A stretch of DNA of 64,000 nucleotides from Patescibacteria group bacterium (GCA_041653535.1 JBAZFH010000005.1:12012-76011), one strand, 5' to 3'; shown: positions 41,730 to 51,736, counted from the stretch's first letter. Made by a program: numbers and translations. The notes: a model not told the origin generated them from the sequence alone.

Positions 41730-42947
41730 ATGTCCGATGACACCAAGAAAACCGACGGAATCACCAATGTCGCCGCTGCCACCGCACCGACCTATCCGCC
41801 CGCTTGGACGGAACGCGTCGGCAAGTTCGCCGACCTCGTCGGCAAGAAACTCGAAGACGTGACCACCGCCCTGGCCGATGTCGCCGGCGCCGCCGGTGAT
41901 GACGCCCTGGCCGTGCTCGCGGACGAAGCGAGCTCGCCTTTCGACGATCTCAAGAACGCTCTCGCGTCCCTGAAGATCCCGTCCGGCGTCCTGCGCAAAA
42001 ACGTCGCGATCCTGCGCGGTCCCAAACCCGAAGCTCCCGCCGCCACTCCCGCCGCCGGCCCGTCTTTCGACGTGCTGCCGAGCGTGCCCGGTGACGACGC
42101 CAGTTTTCTCGAGCTGCTGAAAGTCGGCGGCATCCTGAAGATCGGCTCGACCGAGGTCATCTCGGCGATGAAGGCCGCCTTGGCCAATCGCCTCGACATG
42201 TTCAAGCTGCCGAAGAAAATCATGGAAGCCATGGAACGCTTCGCCGAAGACCAGGAAGAACCCTGCGGCGAAAGCTACTACAAGCTCCAGGATCTCGTCA
42301 CCCGTCGCAGCTACGCGGAAGTTTTGTCCGCCCTGGGCGTCAAGGGTCACCTGGTCAGCGAGAGCCGCAAGAACGAGCTCCTCGGCAAGACCGACCTGCT
42401 CTGGCCGGCCCTGCAGAGCTTCCACGAACAGCTGATCAACTGGCAGACCGCCTGGACTCAGGGCGCCAATCCGACCATGATGTTCGCGGCGATCGCGTCC
42501 ATGGCCAGCGGCGGCAACTCGATGATGCCTCCGGGAATGATGCAGCCCCCCGACACCGCCGGTCTCCGCGACGCGGCCGAAGGCGTGATCAACAAGATCA
42601 ACAAGGTCTTCGCCGGTCACGGCATTCCGATCGCGCGAGCGCTCGCCTATGACGCCACGCAGATTCGTGCCCTTCTCGAAGAGCCGACGCTGCCGACGCA
42701 CATGGGCGTCGCCAACCGCGAACAGATGATCAAGATGCTGGGCGTGTCTGTTTCCGCAGATCTGCTCCGCCTCGAACGCAACGTCTGCCGCTACGCGCTG
42801 GCGGTCATGGAACTGCCCAAGATCCCGTCCGGTCAAAGCGAATACGGCTACCTCGGCGCCATGATCCAGCTCGGTATCCAGATCCCCTGGGACACGCTGC
42901 TTTCCGGCTCCAGCGCCACCGCTCGCCCGGGTCGCAAACCCTTCTAA
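41730..42947 (+). CDS. Hypothetical protein (405 aa), markedly high GC, first gene of vWA/kinase cluster
   Basis: AAGGAG RBS before ATG 41730; strong C/G third-position bias; promoter TTGACA(41536)-N17-TAGGCT; terminator 42969-43004. Confidence 0.85.
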   Translation: MSDDTKKTDGITNVAAATAPTYPPAWTERVGKFADLVGKKLEDVTTALADVAGAAGDDALAVLADEASSPFDDLKNALASLKIPSGVLRKNVAILRGPKPEAPAATPAAGPSFDVLPSVPGDDASFLELLKVGGILKIGSTEVISAMKAALANRLDMFKLPKKIMEAMERFAEDQEEPCGESYYKLQDLVTRRSYAEVLSALGVKGHLVSESRKNELLGKTDLLWPALQSFHEQLINWQTAWTQGANPTMMFAAIASMASGGNSMMPPGMMQPPDTAGLRDAAEGVINKINKVFAGHGIPIARALAYDATQIRALLEEPTLPTHMGVANREQMIKMLGVSVSADLLRLERNVCRYALAVMELPKIPSGQSEYGYLGAMIQLGIQIPWDTLLSGSSATARPGRKPF

Positions 42948-43036
42948 TTCCACCAACCTCATCAACCTAAAGGGCAGGGAGCAATGCTCCTTGCCCTTTT
43001 TTTTCGACAACCGCACAACTAAAAAAGGAGATATTA

Positions 43037-44068
43037 ATGAGCGGAAACAACTATAGCGACTATCGTAGTCGCGGTATCGCCTATAGCGGCTTTGCCTCAA
43101 GCGATGAGCGCGAAAGGAAAAAAGCAGAAAAACTGCGCGCCGAACGCGTCGAGAAAGCCAAGGAGACGGTGCACGAAAAAAGCACCAAGGCGCGCCCCAA
43201 ACGTGAAGACAACGCCGTCTATGACGACAAGCTGGTGCGCCTTGGCATCACCAAACCGAAACCCGGCGTCAAACGCGTCTACGTCATCTATATCGACAAC
43301 AGCGGCTCCAACCGAGTCATCGCCGCCCATTTGCGGAAAAGCTCGGCCTGGCTGCTGTCTCTTCTGAAGATGCTCGACCCGGAAGCGCAAATCGCTTTCG
43401 TCTATTTTTCCGACCACACCGACGGCAGTCAGTTCACGCAGGAAGTCGATTTCGTCTCCCCCGACGAAGAGGGCGACAAGATCATGTTCTCGACGATTTC
43501 CCATATCAGCGCCGCCAACGGTTTCGATGTGCCGGAAGCGCACGAATGCGCGCTCAAAGCCGCTTGCGAGATCAACTTCGGCGGCGCGGTCGAAAAGCAT
43601 CTGATCATGATCAGCGACGTCGTTGGCCATGGCATGGGCATGCCCTTTGATGACGGTTGCCCGGCTCAGCAAAGCTGGAAAAAATCCGTCGAGCTGGTCG
43701 CCAAGACCTACGACACTTTCCATTTCATCGGCTGCGGCGACGATGCCGAGGTCTGTGAGTTGCAGCAGCAGTTCATCTCTGACCCGAAACGAGTCCCCTG
43801 GGATCTGATCGACCTGTCGATGGTCAAAGACGAGCAGCACCGCATGCGCATCACCGGCAACGCCATCATGTTCCTCATTGCCCGCCAACTCGGTCGGCAA
43901 GCCATGGAAATGTTCCTCGGCTTCCTCTACGAGAAATGGCTCGACGATCCGATTTTTGGCGAAGCTACCGACGCGCGCGCCCAGGAAATGATTCGACGCT
44001 TCACCAAATATCTGGAATGGCCGGAAACCGAAATCGAAGACATGCTCAAGAAAGTCTTCGTCCAATAA
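43037..44068 (+). CDS. vWA domain protein
   Basis: MIDAS IDNSGS, FVYFSDH, NGFDVPEAHE, LIMISD. Confidence 0.8.
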   Translation: MSGNNYSDYRSRGIAYSGFASSDERERKKAEKLRAERVEKAKETVHEKSTKARPKREDNAVYDDKLVRLGITKPKPGVKRVYVIYIDNSGSNRVIAAHLRKSSAWLLSLLKMLDPEAQIAFVYFSDHTDGSQFTQEVDFVSPDEEGDKIMFSTISHISAANGFDVPEAHECALKAACEINFGGAVEKHLIMISDVVGHGMGMPFDDGCPAQQSWKKSVELVAKTYDTFHFIGCGDDAEVCELQQQFISDPKRVPWDLIDLSMVKDEQHRMRITGNAIMFLIARQLGRQAMEMFLGFLYEKWLDDPIFGEATDARAQEMIRRFTKYLEWPETEIEDMLKKVFVQ

Positions 44069-44143
44069 TCCGTCATCAACACGTGGCTGCCCCGTCATCT
44101 GGCAGGGCAGCCATATTTTTTTCTCACAGAAAGGAGTTGGAAA

Positions 44144-46426
44144 ATGAGTGACCGCCAGTTGCTTACTCGACTCCTCGCTGCGACCAAAAAAGGTGGCGGA
44201 CTGGAGTCTTTGCGCGACGCGCTGGAACAAATTGTTTTTGCCGACGAAGCAGAAAAAAACCACGCCACCAAACTAGTGGCTGTCGCCCACCTTACTGCCT
44301 TTCACGCGCAACCGCAAGAACTGGTCCACGCCATCCCGCTGCTAGCAAAAATCAACGACTGGGAAACGCTGCAAACGATCCTAAAAATCGGTCACGACTA
44401 TGGTCGGCTCGACCTGGTACAAAGCATCGACCAAATTGGTCGGCAAAAAAATCTGCCGGCGTTACAAGTTACGGACTTTGCCGAGTGGATGCAAAATTTT
44501 TCCATCTACTGGATTGACCTGTGTTATGACAAAAAAAACAATCTGGTTTTTGTCGATCTGCAGTACGAAAAGATTCTACGGCAAACAATCGCCGAAAACT
44601 TTGAGCCGCCGCTTTTCTGGTCTAATGTACTACTGCAGCTGGACCTGCAAAAACATTTGTCCCCCGAAAGAAAAATAATCTTGGCCAAATTGGCCGCAGG
44701 GCAAAACCCCGTCTGCCGGCCATTCACCGAACATCGACAAAATGTCTATAAGCGATTTGGCGAGTATTGCGAAAACAACGACTTGGAAATTGTTAAAACT
44801 TTGCAAGTCGGTATCGAAAGCTCTCGTCGCTGCAGCTACGTTTATCTGGTTCGCGACACTGACGGTATCATGAAGGTCTACAAAGAAATTCTTGACTACC
44901 GCCGCGGTCCGTTGGCCGAAAGCTACGACAGCGAAGACGAACTCTATGAAACGATTGGTCAAAACGATTTTCTGCCGGCGTACCTTGCCACGGTAATCGT
45001 CGATAAAGATTTACGCTTTGCCAAATTGGAATTCCAGTACGCTCAAAGTCTGGCTGACTATCTGCGCGACGGCGAACCGCTGGAAAAAAATCTGGCGATC
45101 CGCATCATGCTGCAGCTAGCCAAAAACCTGAAACGACTCCATCGGCGCAATATCATTTTCCTGGATCTCAAACCGGAAAACGTGGCGCTGACGGATCAAG
45201 ACGTTAAGCTTTTTGACCTGGGTGTTTCCCGCCAAATTAAATCGACGGATAAAATCAACGCTTTTCTCGCCGATCCGCGCTATGGCACGCCAGAAACCGG
45301 TCTGGAACTAACAGCGTCTACCGCTTCGGACGTGTTCCAGCTGGGAATAATTTTCCACCAACTGTTGACCGGTTATCACCCGTTTGCTTTTGAAGGAACG
45401 ACCGACAATCGGGAAGAACAAATCTTGCGCTACTTCTGGCCAACAGTGGTTCTTCCCTACGAGCACGATCTGGCAGTAAAACTACGAGACGATCGGCTGA
45501 AAATCATCAACGCGATGTTGGACAAAAATCCGGCGCTGCGCCCCGGTCTTGAACAAATAATCGCAACGCTAGAAGAAGGAGAACAAACCGCCGTCACAAC
45601 CCAAGCAGCACAGAGAAAAGACACCAGACTAGAAGAAAACAATACAGTGCTTTTCCCGGCACGCATGGGTATTCCCCATAAAGGACACATCGAGTACATC
45701 TCACGGCTGTTGCAACTAGGATTTCACGTTACGATTTCCTTGCAGCGCAGCTACACTATCACTGACCGCGATCCGTTACCTAAATGGCTAGTAGCCAAAA
45801 TGGTAGCTAGATCCCTACTCGATCGTGGATTTACACCCGATGACTTCGATTTTATTTTCACACCGCTGTACAAAGAACGTCGAGAGATGGAAATCCATTT
45901 TGCGATGCTGCCGTCGGCGGAAAATATTGTCGCTGTTGCTTCTAGCAATCTGAGCGTCCACGATCTTTTTTCGCGATACGCCATCTTTGATCAAAAAACG
46001 GTCTTTGGTAGCGCTGGCGAGGAATTCGAAGATCGTTCGTGGGGAGAGATCATTCGCGGAGCAGTAAAAAACAACGACTACCAAAAATTTTCCGAGTATG
46101 CGGCCAGCGGCGTAGAAAAAATCTTGCCGTTGGACCAAATCCGAAAAATCTACGGCAGTCCAAATATCGAATTCGTCAGCGGATCAGTCAATCTGGTTTT
46201 GCTCGACGAAAACGACCAAGAAATCGCTTCCGGAAGAGCTTTCCGTTTCGTTGGACCAGAAATAAGTCTGCTGCGCCATTTAGTGCGTGCTGGACATGAG
46301 GTCGAGTTAATCGATCCTTACGCCAATGACACGCTCGTCAAAATCGACGGACAGACCAAACATCTGAAATACCTCCGGACCGAATTTTCGGCCGGAAATG
46401 AATTCATTTATTTCCAAAGCGTCTAG
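44144..46426 (+). CDS. Ser/Thr protein kinase fused to a HIGH-type nucleotidyltransferase (NadM/cytidylyltransferase-like)
   Basis: HRRNIIFLDLKPEN, DLG, YGTPE, SDVFQLG; then VLFPARMGIPHKGH...DP...W.EIIR. Confidence 0.8.
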   Translation: MSDRQLLTRLLAATKKGGGLESLRDALEQIVFADEAEKNHATKLVAVAHLTAFHAQPQELVHAIPLLAKINDWETLQTILKIGHDYGRLDLVQSIDQIGRQKNLPALQVTDFAEWMQNFSIYWIDLCYDKKNNLVFVDLQYEKILRQTIAENFEPPLFWSNVLLQLDLQKHLSPERKIILAKLAAGQNPVCRPFTEHRQNVYKRFGEYCENNDLEIVKTLQVGIESSRRCSYVYLVRDTDGIMKVYKEILDYRRGPLAESYDSEDELYETIGQNDFLPAYLATVIVDKDLRFAKLEFQYAQSLADYLRDGEPLEKNLAIRIMLQLAKNLKRLHRRNIIFLDLKPENVALTDQDVKLFDLGVSRQIKSTDKINAFLADPRYGTPETGLELTASTASDVFQLGIIFHQLLTGYHPFAFEGTTDNREEQILRYFWPTVVLPYEHDLAVKLRDDRLKIINAMLDKNPALRPGLEQIIATLEEGEQTAVTTQAAQRKDTRLEENNTVLFPARMGIPHKGHIEYISRLLQLGFHVTISLQRSYTITDRDPLPKWLVAKMVARSLLDRGFTPDDFDFIFTPLYKERREMEIHFAMLPSAENIVAVASSNLSVHDLFSRYAIFDQKTVFGSAGEEFEDRSWGEIIRGAVKNNDYQKFSEYAASGVEKILPLDQIRKIYGSPNIEFVSGSVNLVLLDENDQEIASGRAFRFVGPEISLLRHLVRAGHEVELIDPYANDTLVKIDGQTKHLKYLRTEFSAGNEFIYFQSV

Positions 46427-46486
46427 AACAAAAACTAGGCGCTTTTTTATTTAAACAGCTTAGTGCACAGTGCTTAAATAGATTGG

Positions 46487-46685
46487 CGGGGGTTCAGGGG
46501 CGGAAGCCGCGCCGAGCCCCGCCCCGTTTCGGTAATTATGGTCTGCAGGGGCGGGGCGGGGTAAGGGAACCTTAAGGTGATAAGGACAAGCGCTTGCTTC
46601 CAGCCCCCGGAACTTTTTGCTTACTTTTTGGTTACAAAAAGTAAGTGCCCGCCCCTGCCTACCGGCAGGCAGGCGGCATGAGGGC
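46487..46685. repeat. 199-bp GC-rich multi-hairpin repeat, copy 1 (non-autonomous mobile element-like)
   Basis: Near-identical to 57574-57772; contains cttactttttggttacaaaaagtaag and cctgcctaccggcaggcagg hairpins. Confidence 0.85.
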
Positions 46686-46844
46686 AAGCCATGAGTTAAT
46701 TTTATATTACAACCAAATATAAACTACTTGGCAAATCATTTAAAAAACTACACTAAGTGACTAAAATGCTTGACTATTTAGCTGTTTTTGATAAGATATA
46801 ATGTCTAGAATTTTGACAATACAAAAAAATCAAAGGAGACAAAA

Positions 46845-47468
46845 ATGGGTACTACTTTGACCATAGATTATCCCAATGGACTCAAAAATATTCTGACGGC
46901 AATGACTTACTACAGCAAACCGGCGTTGATCGCTATTGCCGGATGTAGCTGCAGCGGAAAAAGCTTTCTCGCTAAAGCTTTGAACGAAGCGTCTCCCGCA
47001 ACAATACTGCCGTTGGATAATTTTTTCCGTGATATTGACGATCCTGCGCTACCGCGCGATAAAAACAACAGACATCTTTTCGAAGCTCCTGAATCCTATT
47101 GGAAAGATCAGTACTTAGCTGCAGCGGTGGCTTTACTGACCGGCAAAACAGTTATTCTGCCAACTTACGATCTGGCAACTAACAAAAGATTGCCTACGAC
47201 CGGACAAACAGTGTCGCCGAACACAACTATTGTCGCAGAAGGACTCTACGCTATCACTTTTTTGTCCGCGCTGTCCGCGCCAGTACTCAAAGTCTTTCTG
47301 GATACCGATCTGGAAATCTGCCTGAATCGACGCATCGCGCGCGATGTGCCGAGATGGAACATCACCGCGGAAAAAGTACGAGAAATATTTTTTGCCAAAG
47401 TGCTTCCCTATTATCAAATGTTCATTGCTAAACAAAAAAGTTTGGCTGATATAGTCATCAAAGAATAA
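46845..47468 (+). CDS. Uridine kinase-like P-loop nucleoside kinase
   Basis: IAIAGCSCSGKS, LDNFFRD, AEGLYA, VFLDTDLEICLNRRIARD. Confidence 0.85.
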   Translation: MGTTLTIDYPNGLKNILTAMTYYSKPALIAIAGCSCSGKSFLAKALNEASPATILPLDNFFRDIDDPALPRDKNNRHLFEAPESYWKDQYLAAAVALLTGKTVILPTYDLATNKRLPTTGQTVSPNTTIVAEGLYAITFLSALSAPVLKVFLDTDLEICLNRRIARDVPRWNITAEKVREIFFAKVLPYYQMFIAKQKSLADIVIKE

Positions 47469-47489
47469 ATAAAGAAAGGAGACCCCCGC

Positions 47490-48602
47490 ATGGACATTGA
47501 CCTGCAAAGGGTATACGACATTATTTTTGGCTCGGTGCGAGCTGAAGACGTATTTGGCGATCTTATTGATCGTCAAAACAAAACGTCCAAAGAACAGTTG
47601 TTGGAAGCCGTTTACGCCGACCTGGCCGCAATCGTTGATCCAAAAAAGTACACCTATCCGGATGACCGAGAATTTGCCGCTGATGCCCAGTTCAAACTGA
47701 AAACTTTCTACGAGAAAGCCAAGGAAAAACTGGCCAGCGGATTCTATGGCGCGACCGCCAATCCCAGTATCCATGTCTCTCGCGGACGACCAGCTTTTGC
47801 AACCGAAAAAAGATCGTACTACCTTGGTCAACCAATCGCCGAAGGCGACATAGCCACCATTTATGTTGGCGACTGCGTCATGGGCGATGACTTTGCTGGC
47901 CGCGTGGCGATTAAAATCGTCAACGATCCGGCTGACAACGACCTGGCCCGCAACGAGATCCGGGCTCTGACCGAGCTGCACTCCAAAAAAGGCGCTCAAC
48001 GCAAACATCTGCCGATACTGCTCGACAATTTTTTGACTGAAGACGACCAAGTTGGTTTGGTGTTTCGATTCTTAGACGATAGCTACGATCTGCTGGCCGT
48101 TAAGGAAAAATATCCTCGCGGCGTTGATCGCAAGCATATGGTCTGGATGCTCAACCGGCTACTGTCTGCTGCTGGCTATGCCCACAACTGGGGCATGGTC
48201 CACGCTAACATCGAGCCGAGCAACCTGATGGTTCGTCCACAAAACCACAATCTGTTCATGATCGACTGGACCAGTGCGGTGATCCGACCGGCCGAAACCG
48301 GCGACACTTTCAAAGTCTACAACCCTGAATTTAGCGCGCCGGAAGTCAAAGAAGGAGGTCCTGCAACACCAGCTTCGGACTTATATTCGATTGGCAAGTG
48401 CATGATCTATATCCTCGGCGGCAATGTCGAAGACAATACCATGCCCGACACAGTCGAAGAAGAACTCCAACGCTTTATCCATTTCCTGGTTTTGGAAAGT
48501 CAGGGTGGACGAGCGCAAGATGCCTGGAAAATGCATCATAAACTCATCTCTTTAGTCGAAGGACTTTGGGGACCAAGAAAATTTCTGGTCTTCAGCATGT
48601 AA
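47490..48602 (+). CDS. Degenerate J-like domain plus protein kinase-like domain
   Basis: YADLAAIVDP..Y helical hairpin; GDIATIY, VAIKI, HANIEPSN, IDWT, FSAPE, SDLYSIG. Confidence 0.75.
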   Translation: MDIDLQRVYDIIFGSVRAEDVFGDLIDRQNKTSKEQLLEAVYADLAAIVDPKKYTYPDDREFAADAQFKLKTFYEKAKEKLASGFYGATANPSIHVSRGRPAFATEKRSYYLGQPIAEGDIATIYVGDCVMGDDFAGRVAIKIVNDPADNDLARNEIRALTELHSKKGAQRKHLPILLDNFLTEDDQVGLVFRFLDDSYDLLAVKEKYPRGVDRKHMVWMLNRLLSAAGYAHNWGMVHANIEPSNLMVRPQNHNLFMIDWTSAVIRPAETGDTFKVYNPEFSAPEVKEGGPATPASDLYSIGKCMIYILGGNVEDNTMPDTVEEELQRFIHFLVLESQGGRAQDAWKMHHKLISLVEGLWGPRKFLVFSM

Positions 48603-48638
48603 CCAAAAACCACCAGACAAACAAAAAGGAGAAGTATC

Positions 48639-50117
48639 ATGGGTGGAGGCGGTGATCATTATGAACGCGACGTAGACATGAATGCGCGCCGACGGCAGGT
48701 CGAACAACATTTCGAGCAAGTAACCAAACCCAAGCCGCCGGAAGAACGCAAAGTCGCGGCAACTCTTGATCCCAAAAAGATCGAAAAGTTGGTCAGCGAC
48801 GACAGCGAAGAATACCCCGAAACAACTTCAATCGCCGTGATTATGGATCTGACCAGATCGCGCGGCAAGGACCTGATCGACATCTTGACCAAGATGCCGC
48901 TGCTGATGGGTCAAGTCATGCTGGAAGGCTACGTGCGTAATCCGGCCATCAGTTTTTGCGGTGTTGGCGACGCCACTGACGGCGACGCCGCTCCTCTGCA
49001 AGTCGGTCAGTTTGAAACCGACGACCTGATCGACAGAGTCTTGCAAGCGATGTGGCCCGAAGGTGGCGGTGGTGGCAGCGGGCAAGAATCCTACCAGCTG
49101 GCGGCGTACATGTACGCCATCAAAGCCGAGCTCGCTTCGCTCAAAAAGCGCAACCAGAAAGGCTACCTTTTTATAATCGGTGATGAGGGTTTCTACCCGA
49201 AAGTTTCGAAAGACGAAGTTAAACGCGTCATCGGCGCCTCCATTCCCAAAGACATTCCTTCGGCGGAAATTTTCCGACTGCTCCAAGAAAAATTCAACGT
49301 CTTCTTTATCTACCCGGCCAAGTCCTGGGAGGAACGCAAAGAAGACATCGACGAAGAAATCGCCGCCCGTGTCCGCAAGGCCGGCGGTATGATCGAAGGT
49401 GTCGATATACGATTCTCGCTAGCCTGGTCCAATCGCAACGATCTGGATTTGCACGTCATCGATCCCGACGGCTTCGAGATCTACTACGGCAGCAAGGTTT
49501 CCCGCAGCGGCGGCATGCTCGATGTCGACATGAACGTCCACGGCGAGACCACCAAGCCAGTCGAAAACACCCGCTGGGCCAAAGGCAAAGCGCCCAAAGG
49601 CACGTATCGAGTCTTTGTCCGAAACTACGGCTTCCACGAAAACACCCGCGCCGCTACGCCATTCCGAGTCGAAATCGAAATCGGCGGTGAGGTAGAGCAC
49701 TTCGAAGGCAAGACTCCGGCCAACTCCTCCGGTGCAGGTAGTGATGTCGAGGTCGGAACCTTTACCTTCGATCCCCAGAAGGTCAGAGCAAAAGACGGCG
49801 ATGAAAAATACGCCGGCTACAGAGACAATGTTGTGTTGACTCAGTGGGGCAGCGTGATCCCGCAGGAAAACATTCTGCGGTTAAAAAACCCCAAAGCCAT
49901 CGTCGACGCGATGCTCGGCGTACTGGCTATTTGCAGCGGTAGCCGCACGTTGCCGGCCTACCTGCAAGACATGAAAAACCGCGGTCAGACAGTCACGCGA
50001 ATCAAAGAAATTGAAACTTCGCTTGACGGACTGGCTCAAGTCGCGAACACACCGAAAGTGACAATCCGCAGCACCGGCGGCGGCAAGACTCGCAAGAGCG
50101 GCGCTACCCGAATCTAG
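48639..50117 (+). CDS. vWA domain protein with inserted YfaP/DUF2135-like domain
   Basis: IMDLTRS, GVGDA, LQVGQFE, EGGGGG..ESY, LFIIGDE; insert WSNRNDLDLHVIDP...LDVD...VEN..W...GTYRVFV. Confidence 0.85.
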   Translation: MGGGGDHYERDVDMNARRRQVEQHFEQVTKPKPPEERKVAATLDPKKIEKLVSDDSEEYPETTSIAVIMDLTRSRGKDLIDILTKMPLLMGQVMLEGYVRNPAISFCGVGDATDGDAAPLQVGQFETDDLIDRVLQAMWPEGGGGGSGQESYQLAAYMYAIKAELASLKKRNQKGYLFIIGDEGFYPKVSKDEVKRVIGASIPKDIPSAEIFRLLQEKFNVFFIYPAKSWEERKEDIDEEIAARVRKAGGMIEGVDIRFSLAWSNRNDLDLHVIDPDGFEIYYGSKVSRSGGMLDVDMNVHGETTKPVENTRWAKGKAPKGTYRVFVRNYGFHENTRAATPFRVEIEIGGEVEHFEGKTPANSSGAGSDVEVGTFTFDPQKVRAKDGDEKYAGYRDNVVLTQWGSVIPQENILRLKNPKAIVDAMLGVLAICSGSRTLPAYLQDMKNRGQTVTRIKEIETSLDGLAQVANTPKVTIRSTGGGKTRKSGATRI

Positions 50118-50219
50118 CTCTATTTAACCATCCAACCAAACCCCGTATCGTCTAGGTACGGGGTTTTTCTTTTTTCAGTAAATAGGACAGGATACAGGAG
50201 ACAGGATACAGTGCCGCTA

Positions 50220-50585
50220 TTATGACTTTAATTTTCTTATAGAACCGCTTAGTAACTTTTTAGTTAAAACTGTTTGATCAGCAATCTTAGTAAAGCAAAC
50301 ACCACCTATATAACCCAAGTCTTGTGCTATCAAAAGCTGACTTTGCACCTCGACTAAGGAGCCGAAAGCAATGGAATAAAAATTAATTTTTTCCGGCTTG
50401 GACCTACGGGCAAAACCTTCAGCTATATTAGAAGAGACTGATACAGATGCGCGTCTAATCTGACTACTTAAACCAAACCTCTCGTCTTCCGAAAAACCCT
50501 TTGAAGCCTTATAAACTAACAAAACAAGCTTATGAGATTCCTGCCATGACTTCATCTGAAAAAATGACTTTATTATTTCTGTCAT
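50220..50585 (-). CDS. Four-helix bundle protein (23S rRNA IVP/Avd-like family)
   Basis: WQESH, ERFGLSSQIRRASVSVSSNIAEG, GSLVE, DLGY; flanked by inverted 7-mer arrays. Confidence 0.92.
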   Translation of the reverse strand: MTEIIKSFFQMKSWQESHKLVLLVYKASKGFSEDERFGLSSQIRRASVSVSSNIAEGFARRSKPEKINFYSIAFGSLVEVQSQLLIAQDLGYIGGVCFTKIADQTVLTKKLLSGSIRKLKS

Positions 50586-50758
50586 ATTGTTTTTATCGTT
50601 TATCCAGATAATACCAAAATCAATATTAAATCTTTCTAAAATCTCCCCGGCCTCCTGTCTCCCGCCTCCTGTCTCCTATATATTGACTTTTTCCCTTTTC
50701 ATTGCTAAATTAACATGTCGAACCTTTACAATAAAACAGTCAAAAAGGAGATGTACCC

Positions 50759-51724
50759 ATGACTATGTGGATTGCGACTTTACCGCCGATTCATCGGCGT
50801 GAGTTGCTGGAAAAAATCATCAACCATCCCATGATCGGTGGCGTCCGCTACAACAGCGGCTATGCCTCCGGCTCCAACCCTGAAGACACCCTGATAACCA
50901 TTATCGAACTAATCCGCGCCGCGGGTAAAAAGCTTTGGATTGACCTGAAAGGTCGTCAACTGCGCATCGACAGATGGGCGACTCCTGATTACGGCAAAAT
51001 CGTACTCAACCATGAAGTTGAAATTTATGGTCAGGCATTTGTCCTTTTTCGCGGAGAATCCGATTTGTCCGAAATCGTCAAGGCAAACGGTCGCGTAATC
51101 TACGTTGATCCGCCACCGAAGTATGCTGTCGGTCAAAGCCAAGCAATCAACGTCGCCGGCGACATCCGTATTAAAGGTTTTTTAACCAACACGGATATTG
51201 CCTATGTCAAAGCGGCTGTGAAATTAGGTAATCCTTATTTCATGCTGTCATTCGTCGAACAGTGTTCGGACTGGCAGCAAGTGAAAAGCTTGATCATGTC
51301 CAGTTCCGGATATTCACCGGAACAGGAATATGAGCTCGTTCTCAAAATCGAATCGACTAAAGGCTGGGACTATGCCAGCCGGTCGATTAATCTGGGAACA
51401 CTCGCCAAAGAGCGCCTGCGACTGATGGCAGCACGCGACGACCTAATGATAAACATCGGATCAACTAAGTCAAAGATTCTCAAAGCGACGCAAGAATTGA
51501 TAAACATCGACCGCAGTGCCATCGCCGCCTCCCGACTTTTCGCCAACGTGGAAAAAGACGGCAAGGCGTCACTCGGCGATTTTGCTGACTTGCATTTGCT
51601 TTACGGCATGGGATACCGACACTTCATGATATCAGATGGCGTTTGTCTTCATCACTTCGATGAAGCGATAGCGGCGGCTAATGACTATTACACCGAATAT
51701 CCGCAGCATCTCACCCTGGAATGA
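50759..51724 (+). CDS. Pyruvate kinase barrel-like protein (no C-terminal domain)
   Basis: IATLP, VRYNS, IDLKGRQLRI, LSFVE, LKIES, AARDDL; promoter TTGACT(50683)-N17-TAAATT. Confidence 0.75.
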   Translation: MTMWIATLPPIHRRELLEKIINHPMIGGVRYNSGYASGSNPEDTLITIIELIRAAGKKLWIDLKGRQLRIDRWATPDYGKIVLNHEVEIYGQAFVLFRGESDLSEIVKANGRVIYVDPPPKYAVGQSQAINVAGDIRIKGFLTNTDIAYVKAAVKLGNPYFMLSFVEQCSDWQQVKSLIMSSSGYSPEQEYELVLKIESTKGWDYASRSINLGTLAKERLRLMAARDDLMINIGSTKSKILKATQELINIDRSAIAASRLFANVEKDGKASLGDFADLHLLYGMGYRHFMISDGVCLHHFDEAIAAANDYYTEYPQHLTLE

Positions 51725-51736
51725 CAAGGAGAAAAA

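Noticed and set aside
41550-44263. Long minus-strand ORFs (516 aa, 388 aa)
   Set aside because: Antisense shadows of GC-rich + strand genes, which have RBS, motifs and terminators
46460-46687. 75-aa and 77-aa ORFs (also 57565-57798) as a protein family
   Set aside because: Translations of the 199-bp hairpin repeat, no RBS or protein-like features
46802-46818. NrtR operator (TGTC...GACA palindrome)
   Set aside because: Spacing does not match GT-N7-AC, it is not preserved at the other promoters, and no NrtR gene is in the window
50220-50585. DGR accessory protein Avd implying a diversity-generating retroelement
   Set aside because: No reverse transcriptase and no TR/VR pair with adenine-specific mismatches seen in the window
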